This document shows positions 37,771-49,180 of a DNA stretch of 64,000 nt, one piece after another. The notes under the pieces were generated by a model. It was not told where the DNA came from. It ran no database searches and worked only from the letters and a program-made list of their open reading frames with translations. Numbering within the stretch: position 1 is the first letter of the stretch; the number at the start of each line of letters is the position of its first letter. The position numbers and the translations under genes are program-made. The DNA is from Octopus vulgaris (Eukaryota), in contig OX597819.1 in the NCBI GenBank assembly GCA_951406725.2, positions 24,986,001 to 25,050,000 on the forward strand, written 5' to 3'.

Positions 37771-38414
37771 ACGCTGCATTGTTTCAGTCTTACTCTCAGG
37801 GTTTGGCTTTGTGTTTATACATACATATGGTGTGCATATAGACATTATACTTAATCACTATTCATATATACATTACATCAGTGAATAGCCAAGTATAAAC
37901 ATGTACATACACATTCCATGTAAATTTATTTATACATGCATCACAACAATTGATTAGAAAAGCACATACACATATACATTGTATGCATTCCTTTCTCTTT
38001 GTGTATGTCTGTATACATAAAAGTTTAAAGTTTATTGAATAGATCTGCGCAATATATATACATTATATGTGTGTGTGTGTCTGTACATATTGAGAAGGGG
38101 AGAAAGAGGGGCTATTCTCATTTGTTGACCAAAATAGTTTTCTGGTATTTCTATATTGATGGCTCTTTCATTAGAATACATACATAAACACAACACATGC
38201 AAATTAACATTTTTTTTCGCTTGTGTATGTGTGTATATGCAGTTTGTGTTTATATATATTTGTAAGGGTAAAAAACATATCTCTTTCCACACGTCTATCC
38301 AACAACTGACCAAAATAGCTCTTTCTACTGTTACTCTATATTCACTAGGTCATTACAAATTGTATTAAAAACAGTGGCTTCTTGGTGAATACACATCATC
38401 ATCGTCATTATCAT

Positions 38415-38512
38415 CATCATGAAACAAGTAATGGCACTATCAATGCTCATCATGAAACAATTAATGGCACTATCAATGCTCATCATCAAACAATTAATGG
38501 CATTATCAATGC
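38415..38512. repeat. 33-bp tandem repeat, three copies
   Basis: CATCATGAAACAA(G/T)TAATGGCACTATCAATGCT, period 33. Confidence 0.92.
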
Positions 38513-39295
38513 CAAGATCAACCTCATTAAAAATATTTTCATTGTGGTCAGGAACCATGCTAAACCTGATATACTACCAACAACTTTGTTCAGCTAGCAA
38601 TAACAGCTAAATCTTTCTTAAATCACACTGTACCACCTTATGTATTGAATGATCACATTTAATGTATAGGATTTTTAGTCCTAGATACATAAAATGATGA
38701 ACTTAGCGAGAATGACTTTCATTATAAGTCTCCTTGATCAGACCTTAACAACAATAGCATCTTCTCATTTTTCCATTTCCATGGTCTCTCTTGTTGTAGG
38801 AGTCACCTCATCCTTAATTTCTTTCTACCTGTTTTCATCATCATCATCATGATTGGCTTGTCTCATCCCCATACTTGTTAGATCAGTAATTATAGGTCAA
38901 TGATAAGCTGTTTTCTCATTCTTTCTCAGTCATTTGATAATAAATCTTTAGTCATATTTTCTGCTTTCCAACAAACCCAATTTCTGTTTGAGCTTTGCTA
39001 AAAAAATGAGTCTATTTTTCCCTGAGTGATAATTGCAATCATGAATTTACTTGAAACCAGAGTCTTTAAAAGAAAAAAGCTGCCAGTTTCTATTTGTTTC
39101 TTTGTTTTAAGCTCATTTTTCTATACTGGCATGGGTTAGCGGTTCCCAAATTTTTTAAGGCCAATACCCCCTTGGCACTCAGGCCACATTCCTAGCACTC
39201 CTCCCTCTCCCCACCACAAATATAGACCACTTTCTGCAGCAAATCCAAAACAACTGCATTTCACAAATAAAACTTAAATCTAATTAACTTATTAT

Positions 39296-39468
39296 TCATC
39301 ATCGTTTAACATCCGTTTTCCGCGCTAGCACAGGTTGGATGGTTCGACCGGGGTCTGGGAAGCCAGGGGCTGCACCAGGCTCCAGTCTGATCTGGCAGTG
39401 TTTCTACAGCTGGATGCCCTTCCTAACGCCAACCACTCCGCGAGTGTAGTGGGTGCTTTTTACGTGCC
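39296..39468 (-). mobile_element. SINE family C, 5'-truncated
   Basis: Matches the 3' half of family C. Confidence 0.87.
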
Positions 39469-40038
39469 ATATGTTTTTACATCTATCACCCTGCCATTTT
39501 GGCCACCCCATTATCATCCTACTTTTCATCAATGTGCCTCTGGATCTTTCCACTGCCCACTTTAAGAACCACTGGAGATAAATATGTTTTTGAGGTATTG
39601 TTACACAGTTGGATGCCTGCCAATGCCTCTTGCTAGTCTTTACCTGTTTTTTCATGTAAGGGATCTTTTTTTCTGCATGTCATTAAAGGCACAAAGCAAG
39701 CAGGTGAATTATTGATAGGAGAAATGCCAACAGTGTATTGCGTGAATGTTGTGACTTTTGAATAAGTGACAGATGTAAACAAACTCATTGACACACTCAT
39801 GCCTAGAAGCATGTGTATGTGTGTATGTATGTGAGTGTGTGTATATCTGTGTCACACATACACTCATAACAGATTTTATTTTTAGCTCTGGACTACCAAA
39901 TTTATCTGCAAGGTCTAGTAGCAGATACCTACTCAAGGTGCTACACAGTTCCATTTTGTGGCACCTTGTATGTGAAACCACAGAACCATGTCTGCACTTG
40001 TAGCATTTATGTGTATATTATCATTATTATTGTGTGAA

Positions 40039-40369
40039 GGTGCATGGTTCAGTGGTTAAAGCATCGGGCTTACGATCGTGAGGTTGTCAGTTCGAATCCC
40101 AGACCGGGCTGCATGTTGCGTTCTTGAGCAAGGCACTTTATTTCATGTTGCTCCTGTTCATTCAGCTGTAGAAATGAGTTGCGACGTCAAAGGTGCCAAG
40201 CTGTGTCAACCTTTGCCTTTCCCTTGGATAGCATTGGTGGCATGGAGAGGGGAGGCTGGTATGCATGGGCGAATGCTGGTCTTCTGTAAACAACCTTGCC
40301 TGGACTTGTGCCTGGGAGGGTAACTTTCTAGGTGTAATCCCACAGTCAGTCATGACCGAAGGGGATCTC
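40039..40369 (+). mobile_element. SINE family D (tRNA head)
   Basis: A-box TGGTTCAGTGG and B-box GTTCGAATCC; highly similar to 62633-62925. Confidence 0.88.
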
Positions 40370-40371
40370 AG

Positions 40372-40404
<33 letters not shown>

Positions 40405-40408
40405 TACT

Positions 40409-41175
40409 TAAGGCAGTAGGCTGCAGAATCCTTAGCATGTTGGGCAAAATGCTTAGTGGCATTTCATCCATCTTTACGTTCGGAGTTCAAATTCTGCTGA
40501 GTTCCACTTTGCCTTTCATCTATCCAGAATCGATAAAATACATACCAGTTATGTACTGGGTCAATGTTATCGACTAACCCACTTCCCGAAAGTTTCGGGC
40601 ATTGTGCCTATGGTAGAAAGGATTATTATTATTATTATTATTATTATTATTTAAGGCAGTAGGCTGGCAGTACCATTAGTATGCTGGGCAAAATGCTTGA
40701 TGGCATTTCATCCATCTTTATGTTCAGAGTTCAGATTCCACTGAGGTTGACTTTGCCTTTCATCCTTTCAGAGTTGATTAGATAAATACCAATCAAACTC
40801 TGAGGTGGATGTAATCAGATTACTCTTGCCCCTGAAATTGCTGGCCTGGTGCCAAAATTTGAAATCCTCATCATCATCATCATCATTGCGAGCTGGCAGA
40901 CTCCTTAGCATGCCAGGCAAAGTGCTTAGCAGCATTTCTTCTTGCCTTCCATTCTGAGTTCAAATTCCACCGAGGTCGACTTTGCCTTTCATCCTTTCAG
41001 GGCCAATAAAATAAGTACCAGTTATGCACTTGGGACAATGTAACCGACTCCTTTGCCTTTCACCCCTTTTGGGGTCATTTAAATAAGTACCAGTTGAGTA
41101 CTAGGGTCGATGTAATTGAGTATTCCCCCTCCCCCAAATTTCAGGCCTTGTGTCTACAATAAAAAAGCTTCTATT
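40409..41175 (+). mobile_element. Head-to-tail cluster of four SINE family B copies or fragments, mostly separated by (ATT)n or (CAT)n
   Basis: Heads near 40410, 40653 and 40888, and a fragment at 41052; shared CTTTGCCTTTCA core. Confidence 0.85.
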
Positions 41176-41224
41176 ATCATCATCATCATCATCATCATCA
41201 TTATTATCATCATTATCATCATCA

Positions 41225-41261
<37 letters not shown>

Positions 41262-41271
41262 GTGACTGTTC

Positions 41272-41331
<60 letters not shown>

Positions 41332-41963
41332 CATTAAGAGACTGTTCTAAATCCATTATATGTCATATCATGAAGCAACAAGGGGTTTAGGAATCGTAGC
41401 ACATTTTCAAAAAAGGGAAAAAAAAATATTGTGGCAGGAATTATGATGAAAACACATTGTGCTGTAGCTCATCATGTGTTCATATGTGTACATAAAGACA
41501 TCCAATAGGTGTTGGGTATGCGTATACATAAACATATGTGTAATCTAAGTTAGCTGTGAGAAGGAAATTCTAATCTGGTATCCTCACAATCTTCCTTTAT
41601 TTGGTCTTGTAGTCAGAAACTGAAGGATTTCTTCATCAAATCTCTTCTTTTCCAACAAAATTGATGTAAAAGAAATATGCCAAGTGTAGATGTTTGTTGT
41701 GTGTGTGTGTGTGTCTGTGTGATCTATACACAAATGTGTATTTTATTCCTGTCAAATGAGACATCTCAAGTTCAAATCAGGAATAAATGATCCCTCCAAG
41801 GGGCTGAGAGATAAAACAACACAGATGAAGATAAACCTGAAAACTAATCTATTTTCTTAAATGCTCAGTCAGCTTTCACTGCCCAATTCACTTCATTCTT
41901 GTAATACATAAATCTGTGTGTTTTTGTGTGCATGTGTGTATGGGTATTTTTTTTCTGGTATGT

Positions 41964-42483
41964 ACTCTTTTACTTTTTTACTTGTTTCAGTCATTTGACT
42001 GCGGCCATGCTGGAGCACCGCCTTTAATCGAGCAACTCGACCCCAGGACTTATTCTTTTTGTAAGCCCAGTACTTATTCTATCGGTCTCTTTTTGCCGAA
42101 CTGCTAAGTAACGGGGACGTAAACACACCAGCATCGGTTGTCAAGCAATGCTAGGGGGACAAACACAGACACACAAACACACACACATACACACACATAT
42201 ATATATATATATATATACATGAGTGGATTTGGCAGACGGAAACTGAAAGAAGCCCGTCGTATATCATCATCATCATCATAAAACGGATGCTAAATGATGA
42301 TGATGATGATGATGATATACGACGGGCTTCTTTCAGTTTCCGTCTACCAAATCCACTCACAAAGCTTTGGTCGGCCCCGAGGCTATAGCAGAAGACACTT
42401 GCCCAAGATGCCACGCAGTGGGACTGAACCCGGAACCATGTGGTTGGTTAGCAAGCTACTTACCACACAGCCACTCCTGCGCC
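41964..42483 (-). mobile_element. SINE family A copy containing a fold-back insertion (42220-42359)
   Basis: Full family A sequence with an inverted duplication in the hinge. Confidence 0.92.
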
Positions 42484-42616
42484 TGTGTATTTGTGTATTT
42501 TTTTTTTTATTTCATGTGTGTGTCTTCCTCTTTGTATGTCTCTTTGTATGTCTATTTCTCTCTGTTCTTCTGTTTTCAGTCTCTTTTCTCCATTTCTGCC
42601 AACTGTCTCTTCTTAT

Positions 42617-43048
42617 GTTAGTCATTTAAGAACTCTTTTTAAACTCATTCATTCAATCGTTCCTTCTCTCTCAGCCTTTCTCTTCGCTTGTGTGTGTGTA
42701 CTCACACTCACATTTCTTTCTCATTCCTCTCTTTCTTTGCTCTTCTCTCTCTTTCTAGCCTTTCTTTTCTCCACTTCTATCTTACTCTTGTTCCTTCTGT
42801 TAGTCATTCAACAAATCTTTTTAAACTCATTCATTCAATCGTTCCTTCTCTCTCAGCCTTTGTCTTCGCTTGTGTGTGTGTGTGTGTGTGTGTGTGTACT
42901 CACACTCACATTTCTTTCTCATTCCTCTCTTTCTTTGCTCTTCTCTCTCTTTCTAGCCTTTCTTTTCCCCCCACTTCTATCTTACTGTTGTTCCTTCTGT
43001 TAGTCATTTAACAACTCTTTTTAAACTCATTAATTCAATCTTTCCTTC
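42617..43048. repeat. Tandem duplication, about 2.25 copies (periods 182 and 200 bp)
   Basis: GTTAGTCATT starts at 42617, 42799 and 42999. The 18-bp period difference matches an internal (TG)n length difference. Confidence 0.93.
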
Positions 43049-43806
43049 CTCTACATCTCGCTCTCTCCTCTCTTTCTCTCTCCCTCTCTCTTTCCAGTTA
43101 CATCTCTCCTCTTCACTCTCATTTACTACCCACATTCACATAGTCATTCAAAACTGCACTCATTTTCACTCCGTCTTACCTTCTCTTATTCTCACTTCCC
43201 TCTGAATCTCTTCCTCTTCTCAACCATCTTTTTGAATCGCTTCCTCTTCACCTGCTCTGTCATCACTTATACACATAAATGCACATACATTCATATTCTT
43301 TCTTTAACTTTGTATATGATACTGTATTTACCCCCAACTCTTAGTACTACACTTTATCACTCCCTCTGACTCGCCTTTATCCCCACTCTGCCTGCCTGTT
43401 TGTCTGTTTGAATGTCTGTCTGTATCTCTCTCTCTCTCTCTCTCTTGCTTGGACTTTCATCTCATTACTTATTCTTACCCATAATAAACATGTATATGTG
43501 TATAGGTATGTTCACAGCTGTATCCTTAGCATCTAAATATTGGATTGCGTGACTGTCTTTCCATGTTCTTGTGTATTGTAAGCATAATGATAGCACGTAT
43601 GTGTGCGTGTATATACACACATGCACACACATGCACACACATACACACACACACACACACGCGCGCGCGTTTTTATGTATGTTTGCCTGTATGATGAAAT
43701 GGCTCTGTGTTCGCACATATGTGTTTTCCTGTCTGTGAAGCTATGAAAATGTTAAACTATCAATAGCTATATGAGTGTGTAACTTTTGATTTGCATGTAT
43801 ACACAT

Positions 43807-43839
<33 letters not shown>

Positions 43840-45199
43840 CATATGTATATTTATATGTATGTATAAGTATGTGTGTGTGTGTGTATGCACTCAAATATGT
43901 TTTATGTATAGGTGAGTATCTGTAAATATTTATATATTCTGTAGATGCATGTATAATTGTATGTAGGATTATAGTTTCATGTGTATATGGTTGTATTTGC
44001 AAATTTGTGTGTGTGTGTGTGTGTGTGCATGTGTGTGCGTGCATGCTGCCAAATACATTAAGTCCCACATAATTCTCTAACTTAACAGCCTTCCACTACT
44101 TGTGCGTTGGAAACCTACTCAAAACCCTCTCAGAAATCTAATTAACCTACTTCATTATTTCCCATCTTTCAGATGGTGTTTGACTTCAGCAGCTAAGTTT
44201 GGACAAAAACCCGTAACACAGTAAGGTGAGTTTGCAACATTTCGTCTTTATAATATACTCTACGCTTAACTTCAAACTATGATTGTTTAAGAAACTTCTA
44301 CCAAGCTACACTTTTTCTCTTCATTTTAGTTTCGTTTAGAAATGCTTCAATGAGCAGTATTTTTATAAAATTCCTTTTATTTTTTTTTCTCTTTTTTTCC
44401 CATCTTCTTTGCTCATTTAGTCATTTTCTTTTTCTATTTTTCCTTTTAAAGATTCTATTGTATTTCTAGAGAATGAAGCAGAAACTAGAGGGATTATAAG
44501 AATAGGTACTTTCTGTAATATCAATTGAGGCCTAATGATTCTAAGTTCAAGACATTATCATCATCATCATCAGCATCATCATCAGTTTTACACCCATTTT
44601 TCCCTGCTTGCTCCGCATCTCACCACTTGTTGTAGTCCTTTGTCATCTCTCCTTTGTGAGAGACAGCCTCTTTGGATCAACCTTTACCATTTCATCCCTT
44701 GTCTTCTTATTCAGCTGTTCTCTTCTGAAGGTTTCTTCCACTTGAATCACTTGGCACATTTCTTTTTTCTTTCTTATCCAAATGTCAGCCTCCATGTTCA
44801 TCACGCACTTGTATTTGTTCATTCTTCTTTCTTATACACTAGGTTCTGTATCCTTTAATAGTCAGTTTTGTCTCCTTTCAAGATATATTAGGAAAAAGGG
44901 GTGAAATATTTTTCAACCATTTTTACCTTCCAGATCAATGCATTATACTAAAATCACCCCTTTATGTTCTGAGTTGAAATTATGCCAAGGTAAACTTGTG
45001 CTTTCTTTCTTCTGAGATTTATGAAATAAAGTACTCTCAGCTATTGAGGGCATTTGAATCAACTGTTCCCTAACTCCTATGTTAGCAATTAATACTGTAT
45101 ACTACTGTCAATTCAGCTGATTATGCTTCTTGTACTAAGAGAATATTAGAAGATATGGCCAAAAGATATTCTTTTCTTAAAGAATAATAATAATTATAA

Positions 45200-45738
45200 T
45201 AAATGCAGTACCAGGCAGTGGCTCTCATGGCTTCTGATCTTAACTGATTAGAAGTGTTATCATGTACATTGTTTTGTTTTGGTATAAAAGATGGGCTACA
45301 GCAAATATTCTGCTCAGTACCACAGATTTGCTTGTCAGTTGTTTGACCTTAACCAGTTGAGCATGTTCCTTAGTGGCTGACGATATGTGCATCTCTGATC
45401 ACGAGCAGAAGTATTGGGGGAGCATCATAGCCGTGTGTTGAGAGGGATTCTTTGGGGTTTGAATAATCCACCTCTGGAAACATGGGTGTTTCGTTCAACA
45501 TCCTTAAACAACCCTTATTCAGGGACCTTTTGAGTTGGATGGGTTACTCGACCTGAAGAAAATTCTAACTGGATCCCACCTGCAAGTTCATGCGCTGTTT
45601 ATCTTGATATGAGATCACCATGTCGTGCACATATCAGACGGGCAGTCATGATGGGTATACTGGGCTTCGTATATTTTACCCCAGTGTCACTTTGATGGCA
45701 TGCACTGCTCTCTCACTCAATAATAATAATAATAATAA
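45200..45738 (+). other. Unclassified insert bounded by (AAT)n, possibly a LINE 3' UTR
   Basis: More GC-balanced 520-bp block between AAT runs, abutting an R4/Dong fragment; only one copy in this window. Confidence 0.4.
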
Positions 45739-46060
45739 TACAACCCCTTACAATTTGAGATTGTAAGGATTTGGATCATGAAATCTGTAGAAGTTGTAGC
45801 TGTGATAATTGGTGCATTAGGGGCTGTGAGTGATGACATGGTCATACAGGTAAAGGAGATTGGAATGGATCACCCTACAGAGCTTCTACAGAAGGCTTAC
45901 TTCTTAGGAGCAAGAAAGATTGTTAGAAGAGTTTGGAGCACTTAATAGGCTTATTGAAATTGTGTGGATACATAAGGTGACATGTAGTAACCTACTATCT
46001 CATAAATTCTATCAGGAATAAGATCAATCCTGAGTCAAGTTGAATAAGAATAATAATAAT
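45739..46060 (+). pseudogene. R4/Dong-clade LINE 3' end (endonuclease C-terminus, 3' UTR, (AAT)n tail)
   Basis: Open frame YNPLQFEIVRIWIMKSVEVVAVIIGALGAVS...ELLQKAYFLGARKIVRRVWST* (stop at 45943-45945); homologous to the 11527-11880 fragment. Confidence 0.85.
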
Positions 46061-46147
46061 GTTCTATATTTAAGAGATAAGGAATTATGTACATTATTTA
46101 CACTATTTACATTCGACGGATATTTGTCCTCATCTTGTTTGTTGTTA

Positions 46148-46195
46148 ACGCAACGTTTCGGCTGATATACCTTTCAGCCTTCTTCAGGAAGGTGT
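46148..46195 (-). ncRNA. Minimal hammerhead in the PLE terminal repeat (stem I disrupted in this copy)
   Basis: CTGAAGA-A-GGCTGA AAGGTATA TCAGCC-GAAAC-GTT-GCGT; 6-bp stem II. A local duplication displaces the ACAC arm. Confidence 0.75.
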
Positions 46196-46300
46196 CTTCA
46201 GGTGTCTTCGGGAAATTTCAAACCTGGGTTCTCATTCCTAAGGTAATTTTCAATGTTATTATTGTTATTGTTCAGGTCACTGCTTGGAATCGAACTCAGA

Positions 46301-46626
46301 TGCTGCTGTGGTAGGTTATACAAAGGTGAAACATGCCGCCCCCACTCAAAATAAGGGTAGATGAACATTGCAAAGCTGTGACACGGGGGGATATTGATAA
46401 ATCGGGTATAGCTGATTATGTATGGAAAAATGGAGACCACCTCCCCCTGTGGGATGAAGTTAAAATAATAGACAGAGAACACTACTGGAAAATATGAAAA
46501 CTAAAAGAAGCAGCTCATATGCTAGGACACAACAACCTCCTAAGCAGACCGAGTGCAGATATGAGCAGCATATGGGAACCGGTATTAAGGAAGGATAGAA
46601 AAAAATATTACATTTGTAAGCCCTAA
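46301..46626 (+). pseudogene. GIY-YIG endonuclease C-terminal fragment of a Penelope-like element
   Basis: CCCGRLYKGETCR / PLKIRVDEHCKAVTRGDIDKSGIADYVWKNGDHLPLWDEVKIIDREHYWKI*KLKEAAHM...IWEPVL. One 2-nt insertion near 46340 and one internal TGA at 46495-46497. Confidence 0.88.
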
Positions 46627-46649
46627 AATTCACTCCATAATTGCCCACA

Positions 46650-46722
46650 GGCATATGGCGTAGTGGTTAAGAGCGCGGGCTACTAACCCCAAGATTCCAT
46701 GTTCGATTGCAAGCAGTGACCT
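46650..46722 (+). promoter_or_regulatory. tRNA-derived module with Pol III A and B boxes
   Basis: A-box TGGCGTAGTGG, anticodon-like arm GGG-CTACTAA-CCC, B-box GTTCGATTGC (GTTCGATTCC in the inverted copy). Confidence 0.75.
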
Positions 46723-47975
46723 GAACAATAACAATAATCCTCAGATGCAAAACCTTGCCCCTTGACTTCTCTGGTTGAGACTTGGGTGCAACTCATAAAT
46801 TAAAGCAAAACCAAAACATAACATAATAATAATAATACTGATAATGGTTTCAAATTTTAGCACAAGGCCAGCAATTTTGGGGAAGGGGTCAACCCCAGTG
46901 CTCAACTTCTACTTATTTTATCAACCCCAAAAGGGTCTGCTTTGAGAAGACTTCTCAACCAGTGTTGGTATTATTATGAAGGAACATGTATGATCACCAT
47001 GTATCAAGGTTTATCTTTTCATAGCTCACCGTGAATCCTATCAGGTGCACAAAGCCCTTTACTAGTTAAGCAGCATGACTAGTGGAATTTCCAGGTTAAC
47101 TTTTTTATAGAGAACTAGTGATAAGGAAGTGTGGCAATATTCTTGGGAAAATTCTGGTGGTCAACATGAATGAACTGAATGTTTGTTCTAGAAGTAGTTC
47201 AGGCTAGAGACAACGGATATCTTCCAGATATCTCCATCCTGACAGTGCTCTTAAGGAGCCAGGTTCAGTTATTGTTAGTTCTAGATAAACTACACAGGCT
47301 TAGAACTAGTGTTATCGAGACTTCTTCAGGATGCATAGCAAGTGAAGAAACAAGATAACAATTCTGCATGCTTCTGGATTTTATACTACGTGGCTGTTGT
47401 CGTATGTCTAGAAGATCTAGCTATCAGCTGAATCTCTCATAAAGATTGCCTCACCATCGGCATTTGGTTGGGCAGGGCAAGCAGTTTTCCTTCTCTCTGG
47501 TCCCTATGGGGTAAGTGGTTGTCAAGTAGACATGATGGAAAGGACTGAAGTCAGGCACTTTTCTCATTAATCTAGCTCTCATTGATTTTTTAAAAGTTTC
47601 AGTTGGAGTGAAAAGTGAGAGTGGAAAGAGGGAAGTGTTGCACTTGTGGTTAATTTGCTGAAAGATGAATGGGAGTGGTGAACATGGCTGAAATAAATGG
47701 ACCTACTCTCAGCATGCAATCTTGTCAACATAGTGAAGTGTGATGATTTGAAAAGAGATTCAGCTGCTTTTTCTAGCTGGTCAAATGACAATGTATAGGT
47801 CTCATTGTTTCACACATAGACTTGTTGATTAATGTAGAGGTGAGTAAGTTTTTGATAATTACCTGTGTATATGTAATTATAGTGTAATAAATAAAATATA
47901 TGCATACATACATACATATATGTACGTACCTACATCTACATGTATATATACATGCATATATAAATATATATACGT

Positions 47976-48270
47976 GAGTACAGGACACCACAAATAGACG
48001 TAGAACTCAACAAGAAACGAAAATGTAAAAACAAACATGGAAACGGACCTTTTTTTAACAACGAATAAACAGAGTACAAGACAAACTACACAAGGAAAAT
48101 TCCCCTTCATCAGCTGTCCCTAGTTCAACTCCAGCGTGTTTCGAAGGTGAGGACAGAACACGACTCGACTCTAGCCCTTCCTGCGAACGAATTATCATAC
48201 ACAGGTGTTGAGCTCCTGGACAGTTTCTTTCTACGAAATACATTGAAAAGGCATCGGTTGGCCCGAGTCT
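47976..48270 (-). mobile_element. TA-adjacent short element with split or degenerate hammerhead motifs
   Basis: Minus strand contains CCTTCGAAAC and, about 25 nt later, CTGATGAAGGGG. Layout resembles the other HHR-bearing elements. Confidence 0.45.
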
Positions 48271-48639
48271 GCTACATTGTGGAAATGATTATAAAGGCCA
48301 TTTGGTTGCAAGACAAAATTCTTAGCCATAAAACGCTATGATACTGGGTTGGTATCGATAGAGTTAACAGATGCTATTAACAGATTTATAAAGAGAAGTA
48401 TAAAGTTAGTAGATAGTTGAGTGAATAAATAGAAATTGAACAAGCTAAAACAAAAATTCCTGTAAAAGGAATGCCACCTGCATTAAGTCTTCAGGAACTT
48501 TGTAGCTTTCACATGAGTAAAATGGCGCCATGGAAAATTTCAACAATTTATCTGTAAAGCAGATGGTCTTGACGTATTTCCCAACCCACTCCTGCCAATA
48601 TCACCTCTATTAATTCTAGTACCACATCTACTAATACCA

Positions 48640-49180
48640 TACCAACACCAGTTCTATATCATCACTACCATTGTTTGCTTCCGTTACCACCTGTACAGCT
48701 ACCAATGCAAACTGAATCATCATCATTATCACTGCTACTAAATACTGCAGTCACAATCACTATTAATACCACTACCTTAGCAACGTAACTATCATCACCA
48801 TTAATTTTACTACCACCACCACCACCACCACAGTACTACTACCAGTACCGCCACTACTACTACTACTGTTACCATTATTACGAGCACCATAACTATCAAC
48901 TTCATTACTACCCTAGCACTATCACTGTCACCTCTACACCCCCATCACTAATGCCAAATGACTCTCACCACCCAACACTACCACCTTCACTTTCAGTACC
49001 ACCACATCTTCCTCTACTACCACTATCATTGCCAACATTATCACCTCTACTTCTACCAATGCAGCCACTACTACCAACACAACTACCACCACCACCAACA
49101 TAACCAACTCCACCACCACCACCACCACCACCATCACCACCACCACCACCTCCACTACCACCTCCACCTTCATCACTTCT
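48640..49180. repeat. Degenerate (CAC/CAT/CTA)n trinucleotide tract
   Basis: Directly visible. Confidence 0.9.

Larger units (their letters stand above)
46061..46738 (+). mobile_element. 5'-truncated Penelope-like element with inverted terminal repeat
   Basis: Inverted terminal segment 46061-46297 (-), GIY-YIG ORF end 46301-46626 (+), tRNA-like module 46650-46722 (+). 46258-46295 and 46701-46738 form a 38-bp inverted repeat with one mismatch. Confidence 0.82.

Noticed and set aside
44173-44225. Plus-strand exon-like segment (TTTCAG...GTAAG/GTGAGT), and a 17-nt one at about 60292-60308
   Set aside because: Splice-like signals alone are common in AT-rich DNA; no recognisable peptide or consistent gene model.
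46495-46497. In-frame TGA in the GIY-YIG fragment as selenocysteine or readthrough
   Set aside because: It falls at a position that is usually Arg, so a point mutation is simpler, and the copy is also frameshifted.
46650-46722. Functional tRNA gene with ACT anticodon
   Set aside because: Acceptor and T stems pair poorly and no oligo-T terminator follows; it is a tRNA-derived module.
46935-47600. Possible decayed retroelement coding sequence
   Set aside because: No motif recognisable by eye; needs BLASTX.
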